Part shown: positions 40,716 through 54,110 of the stretch, in pieces
Layout of the letters: every line of letters starts with the position of its first letter
Position numbering within the stretch: position 1 is the stretch's first letter
NCBI RefSeq assembly: GCF_006345805.1
Contig: NC_043002.1
Span: 89,032,001-89,096,000, forward strand
Source: Octopus sinensis
Taxonomy: Eukaryota
Direction of reading: 5' to 3'
Length of the DNA: 64,000 nucleotides
Translations under genes and position numbers: made by a program
The notes under the pieces: model-generated
What the model saw: only the letters and a program-made list of their open reading frames with translations
Told to the model about the DNA's origin: nothing
Database searches by the model: none

Positions 40716-41044
40716 CATACAATATATATATACATACATATATATATATACATACATATATATATATACATACATATATATATATATACATACATATATA
40801 TATATAACACATATATATATATACACCATATATATATATAAATACATTATATATATACATACATATTATATATACATACATAATATATATATACATACAT
40901 ATTATATACATACTATTAATATATACATACATATATATATATACATACATATATAATATATACATACATACTATATATATACATACATACATATATATAT
41001 ACATACATATATATATATATACATACATATATATATATATACAC

Positions 41045-41079
<35 letters not shown>

Positions 41080-41217
41080 CATGTATATATACATACATAC
41101 TATATATATATATATACATATATATATATACATATATATATTACATATATATATATATATACATATATATATATTATACATTATATAATATATATACATA
41201 TATATATATATATACAT

Positions 41218-41289
<72 letters not shown>

Positions 41290-41331
41290 CATATATATAT
41301 AATATACATCATATATATATATACATATATA

Positions 41332-41380
<49 letters not shown>

Positions 41381-41702
41381 CATATATATTATATATACAT
41401 ATATATATATATATATACATATATATACATATATACATATATATATATATATACATATATATACATATACACATATATATACATATATACGTATATATAT
41501 ATATATACATATACATACATATATACGTATATATATATATATACATATACATACATATATACGTATATATATATATATACATATACATACATATATACGT
41601 ATATATATATATATACATATACATACATATATACGTATATATATATATATACATATATAATAACATATATAATATATATATATATATATACATATATATT
41701 AC

Positions 41703-41751
<49 letters not shown>

Positions 41752-41953
41752 CATATATATATACATATATATATACATATATATATACAATATATATACA
41801 TATATATATACATATATATACATATATATATCATATATAATATATATACATATATATACATATATATATATACATATATATACATATATATATATACATA
41901 TATACATATATATATATACATATATATACATATATATACATACATATATATAC

Positions 41954-41984
<31 letters not shown>

Positions 41985-42002
41985 CATATATTATATATAT
42001 AC

Positions 42003-42033
<31 letters not shown>

Positions 42034-42194
42034 CATATACAATATATATATACATATACATATACATATTATACATATACATATATATATACATATACAT
42101 ATATATATACATATACATATATATATACATATACATATATATATACATATACATATATATATACATATATATATATATACATATATATATATAC

Positions 42195-42227
<33 letters not shown>

Positions 42228-42362
42228 CATATATACATATATATACATATATACATATATATACATATATACATATATATACATATATACATATATATAC
42301 ATATATACATATATATACATATATACATATATATACATATATACATATATATACATATATAC

Positions 42363-42399
<37 letters not shown>

Positions 42400-42482
42400 A
42401 TATACATATATATATATATATACATATATAATATATACATATATATTATATATACATATATACTATATAATATACTAATATC

Positions 42483-42533
<51 letters not shown>

Positions 42534-42746
42534 CATATATTATATTACATATATATTATATACATATATACATATATATATACTATATACTATATATATA
42601 CATATATACAATATATATACATATATACATATTATATATATATACATATATATATATATATCATATATATATATATACATATATATACATATATACATAT
42701 ATATACATATATACACATATATATATATATATACATATATATATAC

Positions 42747-42779
<33 letters not shown>

Positions 42780-42860
42780 CATATATTATACATATATATA
42801 ACATATATATATACATATATATATACATATATATATACATATATATATACATATATATAC

Positions 42861-42891
<31 letters not shown>

Positions 42892-42943
42892 CACATATAT
42901 ATATATACACATATATATATATATACACATATATATATATAAC

Positions 42944-42974
<31 letters not shown>

Positions 42975-43023
42975 CATATATATATTACATATATATACAT
43001 ATATATACATATATACATATATA

Positions 43024-43056
<33 letters not shown>

Positions 43057-43203
43057 CATATATACATATATATATATACATATATATATATATACATATA
43101 TATACATATATATACATACATACATATTATACATATATATATTATACATATATATAATATATACACATATATATACATATATATCATACATACATATATA
43201 TAC

Positions 43204-43234
<31 letters not shown>

Positions 43235-43470
43235 CATATATATACATATATATATATATACATACATATATATACATATATACATACATATATATATTAC
43301 ATACATATATATAATATACATACATATATATATATACATACATATATATATATACATACATATATATATATACATACATATATATATATATAATATATAT
43401 ATATACATACATATATATATATATACATATATATATAAAAATATACATATAATCATACATATATACATAC

Positions 43471-43519
<49 letters not shown>

Positions 43520-43763
43520 CATATATATACATATATATATATATACATATACACATATAATATACATACATATATATATATACATACATATATATATATA
43601 TACATATATATATACACATAATATATATACCATATACATCTATATATATACATACAATATATATATTATACATATATATATATAAATATACTATATATAT
43701 ATATTACATATATATATATATATACATATATATACATATATACATATATATACATATATACAC

Positions 43764-43794
<31 letters not shown>

Positions 43795-44013
43795 ACATAT
43801 ATATATATTATACATATATATTATATACATATATAGATAATATATAATATATTATATATATATACATATATATATACATAATATATACATATATATATAT
43901 ACATATATATATACATTATATATACATATATTATACATATATATATACATATATATATATACATATATATATATATACACATATATATATATACACATAT
44001 ATATATATATAAC

Positions 44014-44044
<31 letters not shown>

Positions 44045-44507
44045 CATATATATATTATACATATATATATATACATATATACATATATATACATATATAC
44101 ATATATATATATATATACATACATATATACATACATAATATATATACATATATATATATACATATATATAGATATATACATATATATACATATATATAGC
44201 ATACATACATATATATACATATATATATACATATATATATATATACATATATATACATATATATATATATACATACATATATTAACATATATACATACAT
44301 ATATATATATACATACATATATATATATACATACATATATATATATACATACATATATATATATACATACATATATATATACATACATATATTATATATA
44401 CATATATATATATACATACATATTATATATATATATACATATATATATTATACTATATATATATACATATATCCATACATATATACATACATATATATAT
44501 ATATTAC

Positions 44508-44539
<32 letters not shown>

Positions 44540-44825
44540 CATATATATACATATTATATATATTATACATATCACACATATATTATATACAATACATATA
44601 TATACATACATATATATATATATACAATATATAATATATAACACATATATATAATACATACACAATATATATACATACATATATATATATATACATATAT
44701 ATACATATATATATATACATATATATATATACATCATATATATATATATACATATATATATACACATATATATACATACATATATATAATATATACATAA
44801 CATATATAACATATATATATATATC

Positions 44826-44858
<33 letters not shown>

Positions 44859-45130
44859 CATATATATATTATATACACATATATATATATATATACACAT
44901 ATATATATACACATACATATATATATACATATATATATAATACATATATATATACACATACATATATATATACATATATATATACCTATATATATATACA
45001 TATATATATATATACATATATATATACATATATATACATATATATATATATACATATATTATATAATACATATATATATATTACATATATATATATATAC
45101 ATATATATATAATATATCATATATATATAC

Positions 45131-45161
<31 letters not shown>

Positions 45162-45404
45162 ACAATATAATATATATATATATACATTATATATATAATT
45201 ATACTATATATATACATACATATATATATACATACATATATATATATATACATATATATATATACATATATATATATACATATATATATATACATATATA
45301 TATATACATATATATATATACATATACATATATATATATACATATATATATATACATATACATATATATATATATATATACATATATATATTACATATAT
45401 ACAT

Positions 45405-45438
<34 letters not shown>

Positions 45439-45688
45439 ATATATATATATACATATATATATACATATATATATAATACATATATATATATACATATATA
45501 TATATACATATATAATATACATATATATATACATATATATATACATATATATATATACATATATATATATACATATATATATATACATATATATATATAC
45601 ATATATATATATACATATATATATATACATATATATATACATATATATATACATATATATATACATATATATATACATATATACACAC

Positions 45689-45735
<47 letters not shown>

Positions 45736-45960
45736 ACCAAACAAATACACCTATATAAACACAAATATAAACTTACATAAACTTACACACACACATATAT
45801 ATACATAAAATACATGTGTACTTTCATAAACATACATGCATCTATAAATATATACATACACATATGTACATAAACTACATATATATATATGCGCATATAC
45901 AAATATAAAATACAAGTGTACATACATAAACATATATATATATGCATCTATAAAGATATC
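36771..45960. repeat. giant (TA)n/(TACA)n low-complexity array with embedded higher-order subarrays
   Basis: ~9 kb alternating purine/pyrimidine sequence, almost no G on the + strand; short unique island near 37130-37335. Confidence 0.97.
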
Positions 45961-46401
45961 TATTTTGAGATAAGGTAATTAAGTCGTTGGCTTTAATTAA
46001 TATACACATTTCAGTAAAATGAATGTCACTATTATTTAAACCAGTTGCCTCTATTACTTGAAACAATCCACTCACTTCTGCATTATCAGCAAAAAATACC
46101 ATGTGCAAATACGTTCTTGCCTAATACAGCCCAGTATGTAAATTAAAGAAGGAAGTCACTATCAATAAGGTGTAAGGAGAAAATCTATAATTTGTATCGA
46201 ATATAAACTATGGGTATACAAAAGATCAATGACAAAAGATTACATATGTAACAGTTACACAAGAATGATTAGCAATAAGAGCAATGAAGAAATGCATTCT
46301 TTCAATTGCCCAGAAGTTTGTTGTTGGCAGTTTCAGTTATCAACATGACTTAATCAGCAGAAGAGATGGGTGATACAAAAGCATAATGTTGGTGTAAAAG
46401 A

Positions 46402-46648
46402 AATTTTGTTTAATGTTTTTGTTGCCATGGCATGGCTATGTGGTTAAGAAGTTCACTTCACAACATATAGTTTCAGGTTCCATCCCAATTAACATCTTGG
46501 GCAAGTGCCATCTACTGTAGCCTTAGGCTGACTAATGTGAGTGAAATTTAGTTGATGAAATTGTAAGAAGTTTTGTCACATGAACACACACACACACAGG
46601 TACTTATTTATGTGTGTAAGAGTGTTTGTCTTCTCATATCTTTACATT
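46402..46648 (+). repeat. inverted copy of 52135-52388 (degenerate SINE 1 head plus flanks) between 40-bp direct repeats
   Basis: Direct repeat AGAGATGGGTGATACAAAAGCATAATGTTGGTGTAAAAGA at 46362-46401 and 46649-46688. Confidence 0.9.
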
Positions 46649-46706
46649 AGAGATGGGTGATACAAAAGCATAATGTTGGTGTAAAAGATTAATGGAGCTA
46701 ATAGTC

Positions 46707-46905
46707 ATATTGGTAACAAATGGTTTCACACTTCAAGCAAAGGGCAGATTATGTGCTGCATGTACATGAAATATAATACTGCATGGTAGCAAGATGTGAG
46801 CACAACATATTGAGCATGAGGTGACGGTTGAAACAAAATGAGAAGTATGCTTCATTGGATACGAAATATTAGCAACAAATGGTTTCACACTTAAAGCAAA
46901 GGGCA
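46707..46905 (+). pseudogene. degenerate RTE LINE fragment with 40-bp terminal duplication
   Basis: Translates to TNGFTLQAKGRLCAAC...LHGS (RTE motif); 46707-46746 repeated at 46866-46905. Confidence 0.65.
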
Positions 46906-47400
46906 ATAGTTCAATAATATTCTTAAGGCCGCAATTTACTCATGCTCAGCACCTTTCAGAGTTTGTCGCTAACTCAGTTTCAGTTATTAACCAAATTGAA
47001 AACTTGACATTTTCAAAGAGGATTGTTTGAAATTTTTTGAGAAACAAGAGAAACCAATTAACCACTTTAACACTACCAATCAAGTTTAGATTTAAATAAC
47101 TTTTTTATTTTAAAAACAAAATAAATTTTAATTAGGCTAAAATGATAGAGCTCATTTTAAGGAATTTCACTGTATCAATCTCATGCAACGAAGTTTTAAA
47201 AGAAAATAGTTATGAGTGTTTGTTTCTCAAATTTGATGGTGATAATATACTTCTATACTTTTTCATGAATATAGTTCTATAATGGGACATTTAATATATG
47301 TCACCAGTGTCATTGAGGTAAGGAAAAAATTATCAATGACACTGCTAATTGACACATTATTAATTAGCATAGTAACATAGCCTGGAAAAAACATGGATTA

Positions 47401-48231
47401 CATGGGAAAATGTGAGCAAGAGAAATAATATTCTTAAAATTATAAACCTGGAAAATTACAGGACAAATTATTACACTTGGAAAAGTTCAGGACAATTTAT
47501 TACATCTGGTAAAGAACAGAACAAGAAAATTTTTACTTAAAGTATTGCAGCTATGGATAAAATTTGAATATTAAAAATTATTTGATTTTAATTTACAAAG
47601 TAACATTATAATTAAAAAAAGGTACGATCATTTTGATAAAATATTGACACACTAGAATACTAAAAAAATGAGAGCCAGAAGTACCGATATAGCTCAAGTT
47701 TTATGCAAAGAATAGTGTATATGGTAGGCAAATTCACTATGTGAAAAATAGGCATTGGGTCAAGACTAAAAATATGATGACTTGGCAATAATTCAAGCAA
47801 ATTTTACTGTGAATTTGTTGTTATAGGTAGATTTTACTGTAATATATAGCTAATTTTTTAATTCTATTTTTGTATTAACTAATTATGTACTACTATTATT
47901 TTTTAAAACTTATTTTCAAATTTATAATTAATTAATAATTTTAAAAAATGAAATTTTTTTGAAGTGCCAAAAATATTTTAATTGAGTTATTTTTTTATTT
48001 TTAATAAAAATAACAAGTCATAACAAATAGAAGTAATAACTTATAATAAATTTTTTAGTTTTAATGAAAACTAATATTTTCTAAATATTTTATGTGAAAT
48101 TTTATCCTTAGCTGCAATATTTTAGGTAAAAAATTTCTTGTTCTCTACTTTACCAGATGTAATAACTTGTCCTGTAATTCTCCAGGTTTATAATCTTCAA
48201 ATGTTATTTCTCTTGCTCACATTTTTCCATG
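47401..48231. mobile_element. DNA transposon with long (~130-150 bp) sub-repeated TIRs (foldback/CMC-like)
   Basis: 47401-47552 is the inverted counterpart of 48109-48231; internal GGAAAAGT/GGACAA-TTATTACA subrepeats; AT-rich interior. Confidence 0.8.
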
Positions 48232-49680
48232 CAATATAGATAGGCATGAACAACAAAGCACCAGTGAGGTGAGGGCGAACATGAGCATTAAAGGAATCAC
48301 GTTAACAGATGTCACAAACGTATGCACAGATGAATTTCATTAATTATTTTATAAAATATAAAATGCTATTTTAATATTTCCTTTGATATTTGACATGCAA
48401 AAGTTTTTTTGCATTTTTCACTTCTTTCTAAATACCAGCTTAGCATTATGCTCTCTTAGTCAAGGAGCCATCTTGATAATTTGAAATATCATATACAACT
48501 AAATTAAAGCAGTAAAAAAAATTTTTAACGACTCAGATATATCACTTCAGCTTCTCATTCATTGAAGGTGGGTATTATAGTGGTTTGGGTGTTGGGCTCA
48601 CAATCTTTGGGCAATAGTTTTTGAGACAGAGTACTTCTTTTCAAATTGCTTCAGTCCACTCAGCTAAAAGTGAGTACCAGCAACAGCTGGGGAGTCAATA
48701 CTGCAATGGACTGACATCTTGTCTAGTAGGGAGTTTGTATTCTCAGACACTTAAATGCTGTGAAAACAGAGATAAACTCCAACCTAGTGGGCATGTAGGC
48801 CTGAGACAAACTTTAACTTATCTCTTTTTAGTTAAGACTTACAAAAACAGCAATATAACTGCTAATATGCCACACGTTGACAAATATGAAGAAGCAAAGT
48901 TTGTTTAGCTCTAAGCCAGCACTGATTGAGTAAATATATGATCAAAAGTACTCTAACCAGTCTTTTTTGTTTAGGCAAATTGTATTTCAGAGTATATTAT
49001 CTAATGTGTACTTTAAAATAAATCTGTGTAATTTGAGGGAAATTTGGCTGGTATTTCAAATAGGTTGGGAAACCCCTTAACAACTTTTTTGTTAGTTTAA
49101 GCTAAAGGAGTTGGTTTCTGTGACATAAAGGTGAAAACTGATATGTTACAACAGTAGTTTAGTCTATTGAGTAGCAAATGATCTAAATTATTAAGCCTTC
49201 AGTGAATATGATATATTGGTAATGCCACACAGATACAGATGACAAAAGATAGGAGATAATTCAAAGCAGCTGCTCAAGACTCTTTCTTTCTGCCAACTCA
49301 AAAGTTAATGAATTTCATAGTAAAATTTTAAACCATAGAAAATGTCTAGTATAAAGTCAAATATAGAAAGAAGAAAATTTGTCATTTTTAAATTAAAAAA
49401 TTATTTCAGACTTATTATATAAAGCTTATTTCCTGAACAAGTATCCCAGTCAACATTTTCTCAGAAAATAAACAAAAACATTAAAAGAAACTTCAATTAG
49501 TTTGATAATGAAGGATCAAAAACAAATTTCTAAATATGCAGGAAATGTAATATAGGAAGTGATTTAGTGAATTTATAAGTTATCCATATGGTTCTATTAT
49601 GATAGTTTTAAATTTCATAAGAGCATTGCTTCAAACAAGTCTTCTTTCTCTCTCTCACTATAGACATATATATATATATA

Positions 49681-49991
49681 TCACCGTGACCACCGTAACC
49701 GACCAAGCTATCAGATGTTGCTACACATCGCTGGTCACAATGTGCTTCGCATTGTTTTAGCCTTGAAATGACGCCGCCCCGCTGGCTAAGCAAGCAGGCC
49801 AACAGAAGAAAGAGCGAGAGAAAGTTGTGGCGAAAGAGTACAGAAGAGATCGCCACCACCCACTGACGGAGCCTCGTGGAGCTTTAGGTGTTTTCACTCA
49901 ATAAACACTCACAACGCCCAGTCTGAGAATCGAAACCACGATCCTACAACCACGAGTTCGCTGCCCTAACCACTAGGCCATTGCGCCTCCA
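49681..49991 (-). mobile_element. tRNA-derived SINE family 2 (third tail variant)
   Basis: Head and body match 29729 up to AGAAGAAAGAGCGAGAGAAAGTTG; different 3' part. Confidence 0.85.
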
Positions 49992-50020
49992 CACACACAT
50001 ACACACACATATATATATAT

Positions 50021-50635
50021 ATTAATCAATTGATTAATCAATTGATTAATTAATTTTACCCTCAATTGTTGAAATTATAATTCATCTCTCCCTATATAAT
50101 GCCTTGGATTTTACTAAAAAAAGCATAGTGTTTACTGATTTTAACCCACGCTGGTGGAAAGGGGAGAGCAGAAATTCTTCGCTTGCATTTTTGAGTTTGT
50201 TGGCACTGTTAGTGTCGAGCAGATCTTCAGAAGCGAGAAGAAGCCGAAAGGGTATGCTCCCACTTTCAGTGTTTTCAAATCCAAACCAGGGAGTTCTGAG
50301 CTGATGATAGAAATGTCGAGTTTGACTAATCTTGAAACGTACGTTCTCAAATAACCTTTGCATTTGATTTTTTAATGTCTCTACCCCCATACTTCCGTGA
50401 GTTGAATTGAGCAAACACTATATGAGAGAGGTTTTCTTTAAGTATTAGAAATAGTTTCAGAAAAGTTTTTTTTTTTTGGCTGCTATTTCTAATGAGTTCA
50501 GTATGCGGCAAAGTAATTTATTTTACTAAGCCCTTTTATATAATGTAATAATTTGAATTCGCCTTAAATGGTCCCTTTGCATACTGAATACTTGGTGAAA
50601 TTGATTAATTAATTAATTTTACCCTCAATTGTTGA

Positions 50636-50638
<3 letters not shown>
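50021..50638 (+). mobile_element. hammerhead-containing non-autonomous retroelement (Penelope-like solo pLTR plus tail, or retrozyme)
   Basis: Terminal direct repeat AATTGATTAATTAATTTTACCCTCAATTGTTGAAAT (50040-50075, 50599-50638); short palindromic 5' extension; (TA)n on both sides; internal hammerhead. Confidence 0.7.
50289..50360 (+). ncRNA. type I hammerhead ribozyme motif
   Basis: TGAG-CTGATGA-[stem II 50308-50333]-GAAA-CGTACG-TT-CTCA; stem I TGAG/CTCA; palindromic stem III ACGTACGT. Confidence 0.75.
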
Positions 50639-50689
<51 letters not shown>

Positions 50690-50694
50690 TAGAT

Positions 50695-50753
<59 letters not shown>

Positions 50754-50765
50754 TAGATAGATATA
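50639..50765. repeat. compound microsatellite (TA)n(GA)n(GACA)n(GATA)n
   Basis: Direct reading. Confidence 0.95.
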
Positions 50766-51403
50766 ATTTCTTCTAATTTTAACTTTAAACCTAGTTCTTG
50801 AAGGTCAACCTTGTCCATTATTATGTTCTAATTAGCAACAATATCATTTAAAGTAGATATTCATAAGATATGCCACTAATCACTTTACGTGTACTTGCAT
50901 CAATTATCAAAACCAAACTAGACCCTTGCATGTACAACAGCTAAATCCTTAACTCAAAATTTCTCAAACATGTTAAGTGATTTTCAAGTAATAATCTTAA
51001 GGGTATGTCCAACAAAGATGGTCTCTGATCAAAATCAAGTTCCTGATACAAATTACTAAATTTACAGGCAAGGCTGTGGCACAATGGTAAAGTGCTGATC
51101 TAGACTTAATAATTGGTAAGCTATTCAGCAGTTTATGTGTCAAGGTTGATTTTACAAACAGTGTACTTCTTTACATGGACAGTGAAATGTACTTTCACCA
51201 ACATTTGACACATCATCTAAACAGTAGATTGTTTGCATCTGTGTTGGAGACTAACAGCAATTAAAGAAAGATCTGGAAGGAATAATCAGACATAATCCAA
51301 GGATTTTAATACGACCAATCACAAAACCTAAATTGAATAGAATTGATAATGTTAAAGTGGATTGTTCACTTTCAAGTTGACTCTGAATAAATATCATCAT
51401 CAT

Positions 51404-51951
51404 CATGGCTTGCGGGACAGCCTGCTGTGTTAACCTTGGATCGTAGAATGATTCGCTGTTCTTGAGGATTCGAAGACCCGACAAATGAAGTGAGTTCATG
51501 CTCGCAGGACGGCCTGCTGTGCTAACCTTGGATCGTAGAGTGACCCGATGTTCTTGAGGAGACCTGTTGAGTCAAGTTTGTCAACATCAAAATAAAAATT
51601 CAAATGGAAATTGTAGTTAAGATGCCCGTGCCGGTGATACGTAAAAAGCACCGTACGAACGTGGCAGATACTAGCGTCGCCTGACTGGCATCCGTGTCGT
51701 TGACACGTAAAAGCACCAACCGATCATGGCTGTTTGCCAGCCTGCTCTGGCTCCTGTGCCGGTGGCACGTAAAAAACACCCACTACACTCACGGAGTGGT
51801 TGGCATTAGGAAGGGCATCCAGCTGTAGAAACACTGCCAAATTAGACTAGAGCCTGGTGCAGCCTCCATGGCTTACCAGACCCCGGTCGAACCGTCCAAC
51901 CCATGCTAGCATGGAAAACGGACATTAAACGATGATGATGATGATGATGAT
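51404..51951 (+). mobile_element. RTE-tailed retroposon, longest copy, with duplicated 5' module
   Basis: Two ~65-bp 5' repeats (51405, 51498); three GTGCCGGTGGCACGTAAAAGCACC-like units; core GGTTGGCATTAGGAAGGGCATCCAG; (GAT)n tail. Confidence 0.85.
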
Positions 51952-52134
51952 CACCACCACTATCATCATTCTTGGTTACTTTTTCCATACTGGGTTCTAT
52001 GAGGCTTATTGAAGCAGCATTCCATAGCTGGGTACTCATCTTGTTGTCAACCTTTATTTGTTTTTTGAAGTAGTGAATGGAGGTTGAAACCAATGAATAC
52101 TCTGAGATAAAAGACAAAATGCTCAAGCAGGTTA

Positions 52135-52388
52135 AATGTAAAGATATGAGAAGACAAACACTCTTACACACATAAATAAGTACATGTGTGTGTGTGTGTT
52201 CATGTGACAAAACTTCTTACAATTTCATCAACTAAATTTCACTCACAAGACATTAGTCAGCCTAGGGCTACAGTAGATGACACTTGCCCAAGACATTAAC
52301 TGGGATGGAACCTGAAACTACATGTTGTGAAGTGAACTTCTTAACCACATAGCTATACCATGGCAACAAAAACATTAAACAAAATTTC
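52135..52388 (-). mobile_element. degenerate SINE family 1 head (likely donor of the 46402 insertion)
   Basis: CACTTGCCCAAG and TTAACCACATAGC motifs. Confidence 0.75.
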
Positions 52389-52782
52389 TGTCATGTGCCT
52401 ACAAACCCAATAAGGAATTCAAGATCTGTGTTTTACTCTAATAATTGCAATATTTCTGTGTCTAGGTTTATAGAGATATCCAACTGCAATATATATTTCA
52501 ACTAAACATGTCTAAGGGGAAACTAATTTGGAAGTGACATACAGAGGAAAATGAACAGAAAATTGTGAAAGAAAATGGTTTTTTTAAGTACCATCACTAA
52601 ATGGTCAGTTTAATAAATGAGGACAGATAGCAGCAACTAAGATAAGGGACAATAATATTAAACATTGAGTAATAAAACCAGTTCAAGAAATAAACATCTA
52701 TTCAAATGTATACATAAATAACTTGAGAAAAAAGAGGTAAATATCAATTCTAAAATGAGTTCTGAAATTTTACGAAAACTAC

Positions 52783-52834
52783 CTTCAAATGAATCAATAC
52801 TGCTACTGTATAATTTCACATTTGCAGAATACAA
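52783..52834 (-). other. candidate 52-nt internal exon of an unidentified minus-strand gene
   Basis: Long polypyrimidine tract ending TTCTCCAG; open reading LYSANVKLYSSSIDSFE; donor AAG|GTAGTT (weak). Confidence 0.3.
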
Positions 52835-53874
52835 CTGGAGAATACAAGAAAGAAAAAAAAAAAGAAAGAAAAACACACACACACATATATAATTCAGTTG
52901 TTTGTTTATTTGAAACATGATTGCATAATGTTTCATGCACTGAAATTACTTTTTAGAAAAAAATCAAATATAATTAAAGTGGTTAATTGGTTTCTCTTGT
53001 TTTCCAAAAAATTACAAACAATAATTAAACAAAGAAAATGAAGAAAATAGAGAGAGAGACAGGGGAAAAGAAGGAAAACCCAAGCAAAATTGTGGGAGAA
53101 TGATATTTTAATAGAGGGAGAAATATGAGAGAGAGAGAGAGGTAGGGAGAGAAAGAAAAATGTAATCAGCTAGGATTATTTTCATAAAATGAAATATTTA
53201 AATGATTACATTATGAAGTGATGACAAACTTTGCTTTTCTTTGTAAAATAAGGGTGGGAGTGGAACATGACTGAAATAGTGACATAGTTTAATCTACAAT
53301 ACATCAAACTATGGAGATAGGAAATAAGTTCCAGTAGGATCGTTGCCGAAATTCCACTAATTAAATAACTTTGGAATAACCTCTAAACATGCCAATCCTT
53401 TAACTCATGAATAAAGATGAAAGGAATTGGTTGTGGGGTGGATAGAGATAACTGATAGAGCATGAAAGAAACTTAGACATGAAAAAATGTGTGCATGCAA
53501 CTTCATTGGACATCCACTTTTCCATGTTGAAAGAGAGAGAGAGAGGCTGTAACCATAACTACAACTTTACTTCATTGCTCAGATTGTTTGTGTGATCTTT
53601 TGTTTTTACCATTTTTTGATTCATCATTGTTTGAAGCCAGGCTATCCCTGATTGAACAGGGGCTATGATAAAAACCATTCCAACCATAACCATTTGGTAG
53701 ATTTATTTACAGAATAGCTACCGCCAACATTCTACTTTCTCTTTAATGTTGAATCAGCAAAAAGTAAACTAACTTATCAGTACAAAAACTTTATGGTAGC
53801 AAGCAAAAACAACTTGGAATTGAACTGCTATCAACTATTTTAACTGTATCAAATATTATCAGCTGCTTTGGCCC

Positions 53875-54110
53875 TTGACCCTTTAGCATTTAAACAGGCT
53901 ATATCCAGCCAAAATATTCAACCTGTCTTATGTTCAAACCAGCCAGACTTGGCCTCTCATCACATCTACTCTACAATATCATTCTGAAGATAAACAATCA
54001 CATTATCAAAATCTTGAAGCTATGAAATAATGCATGATTAATTCAAAACAATATGAATAAATAAAAGCCTTACATTTGACAGAGTAATAATCTTAATGCT
54101 AAAAGGTTAA
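53875..54110 (-). mobile_element. piggyBac-type MITE family A
   Basis: CCCTTTAGCATTTAAAC ... AATGCTAAAAGGTTAA. Confidence 0.85.

Noticed and set aside
36680-45933. Dozens of long Y/I/M/C/V-rich ORFs
   Set aside because: They are translations of the TA/TACA array, which lacks stop codons by composition.
50082-50414. Overlapping ORFs (110 aa minus, 66 aa plus) in the hammerhead element
   Set aside because: No RT or GIY-YIG motifs are recognisable; treated as non-coding.
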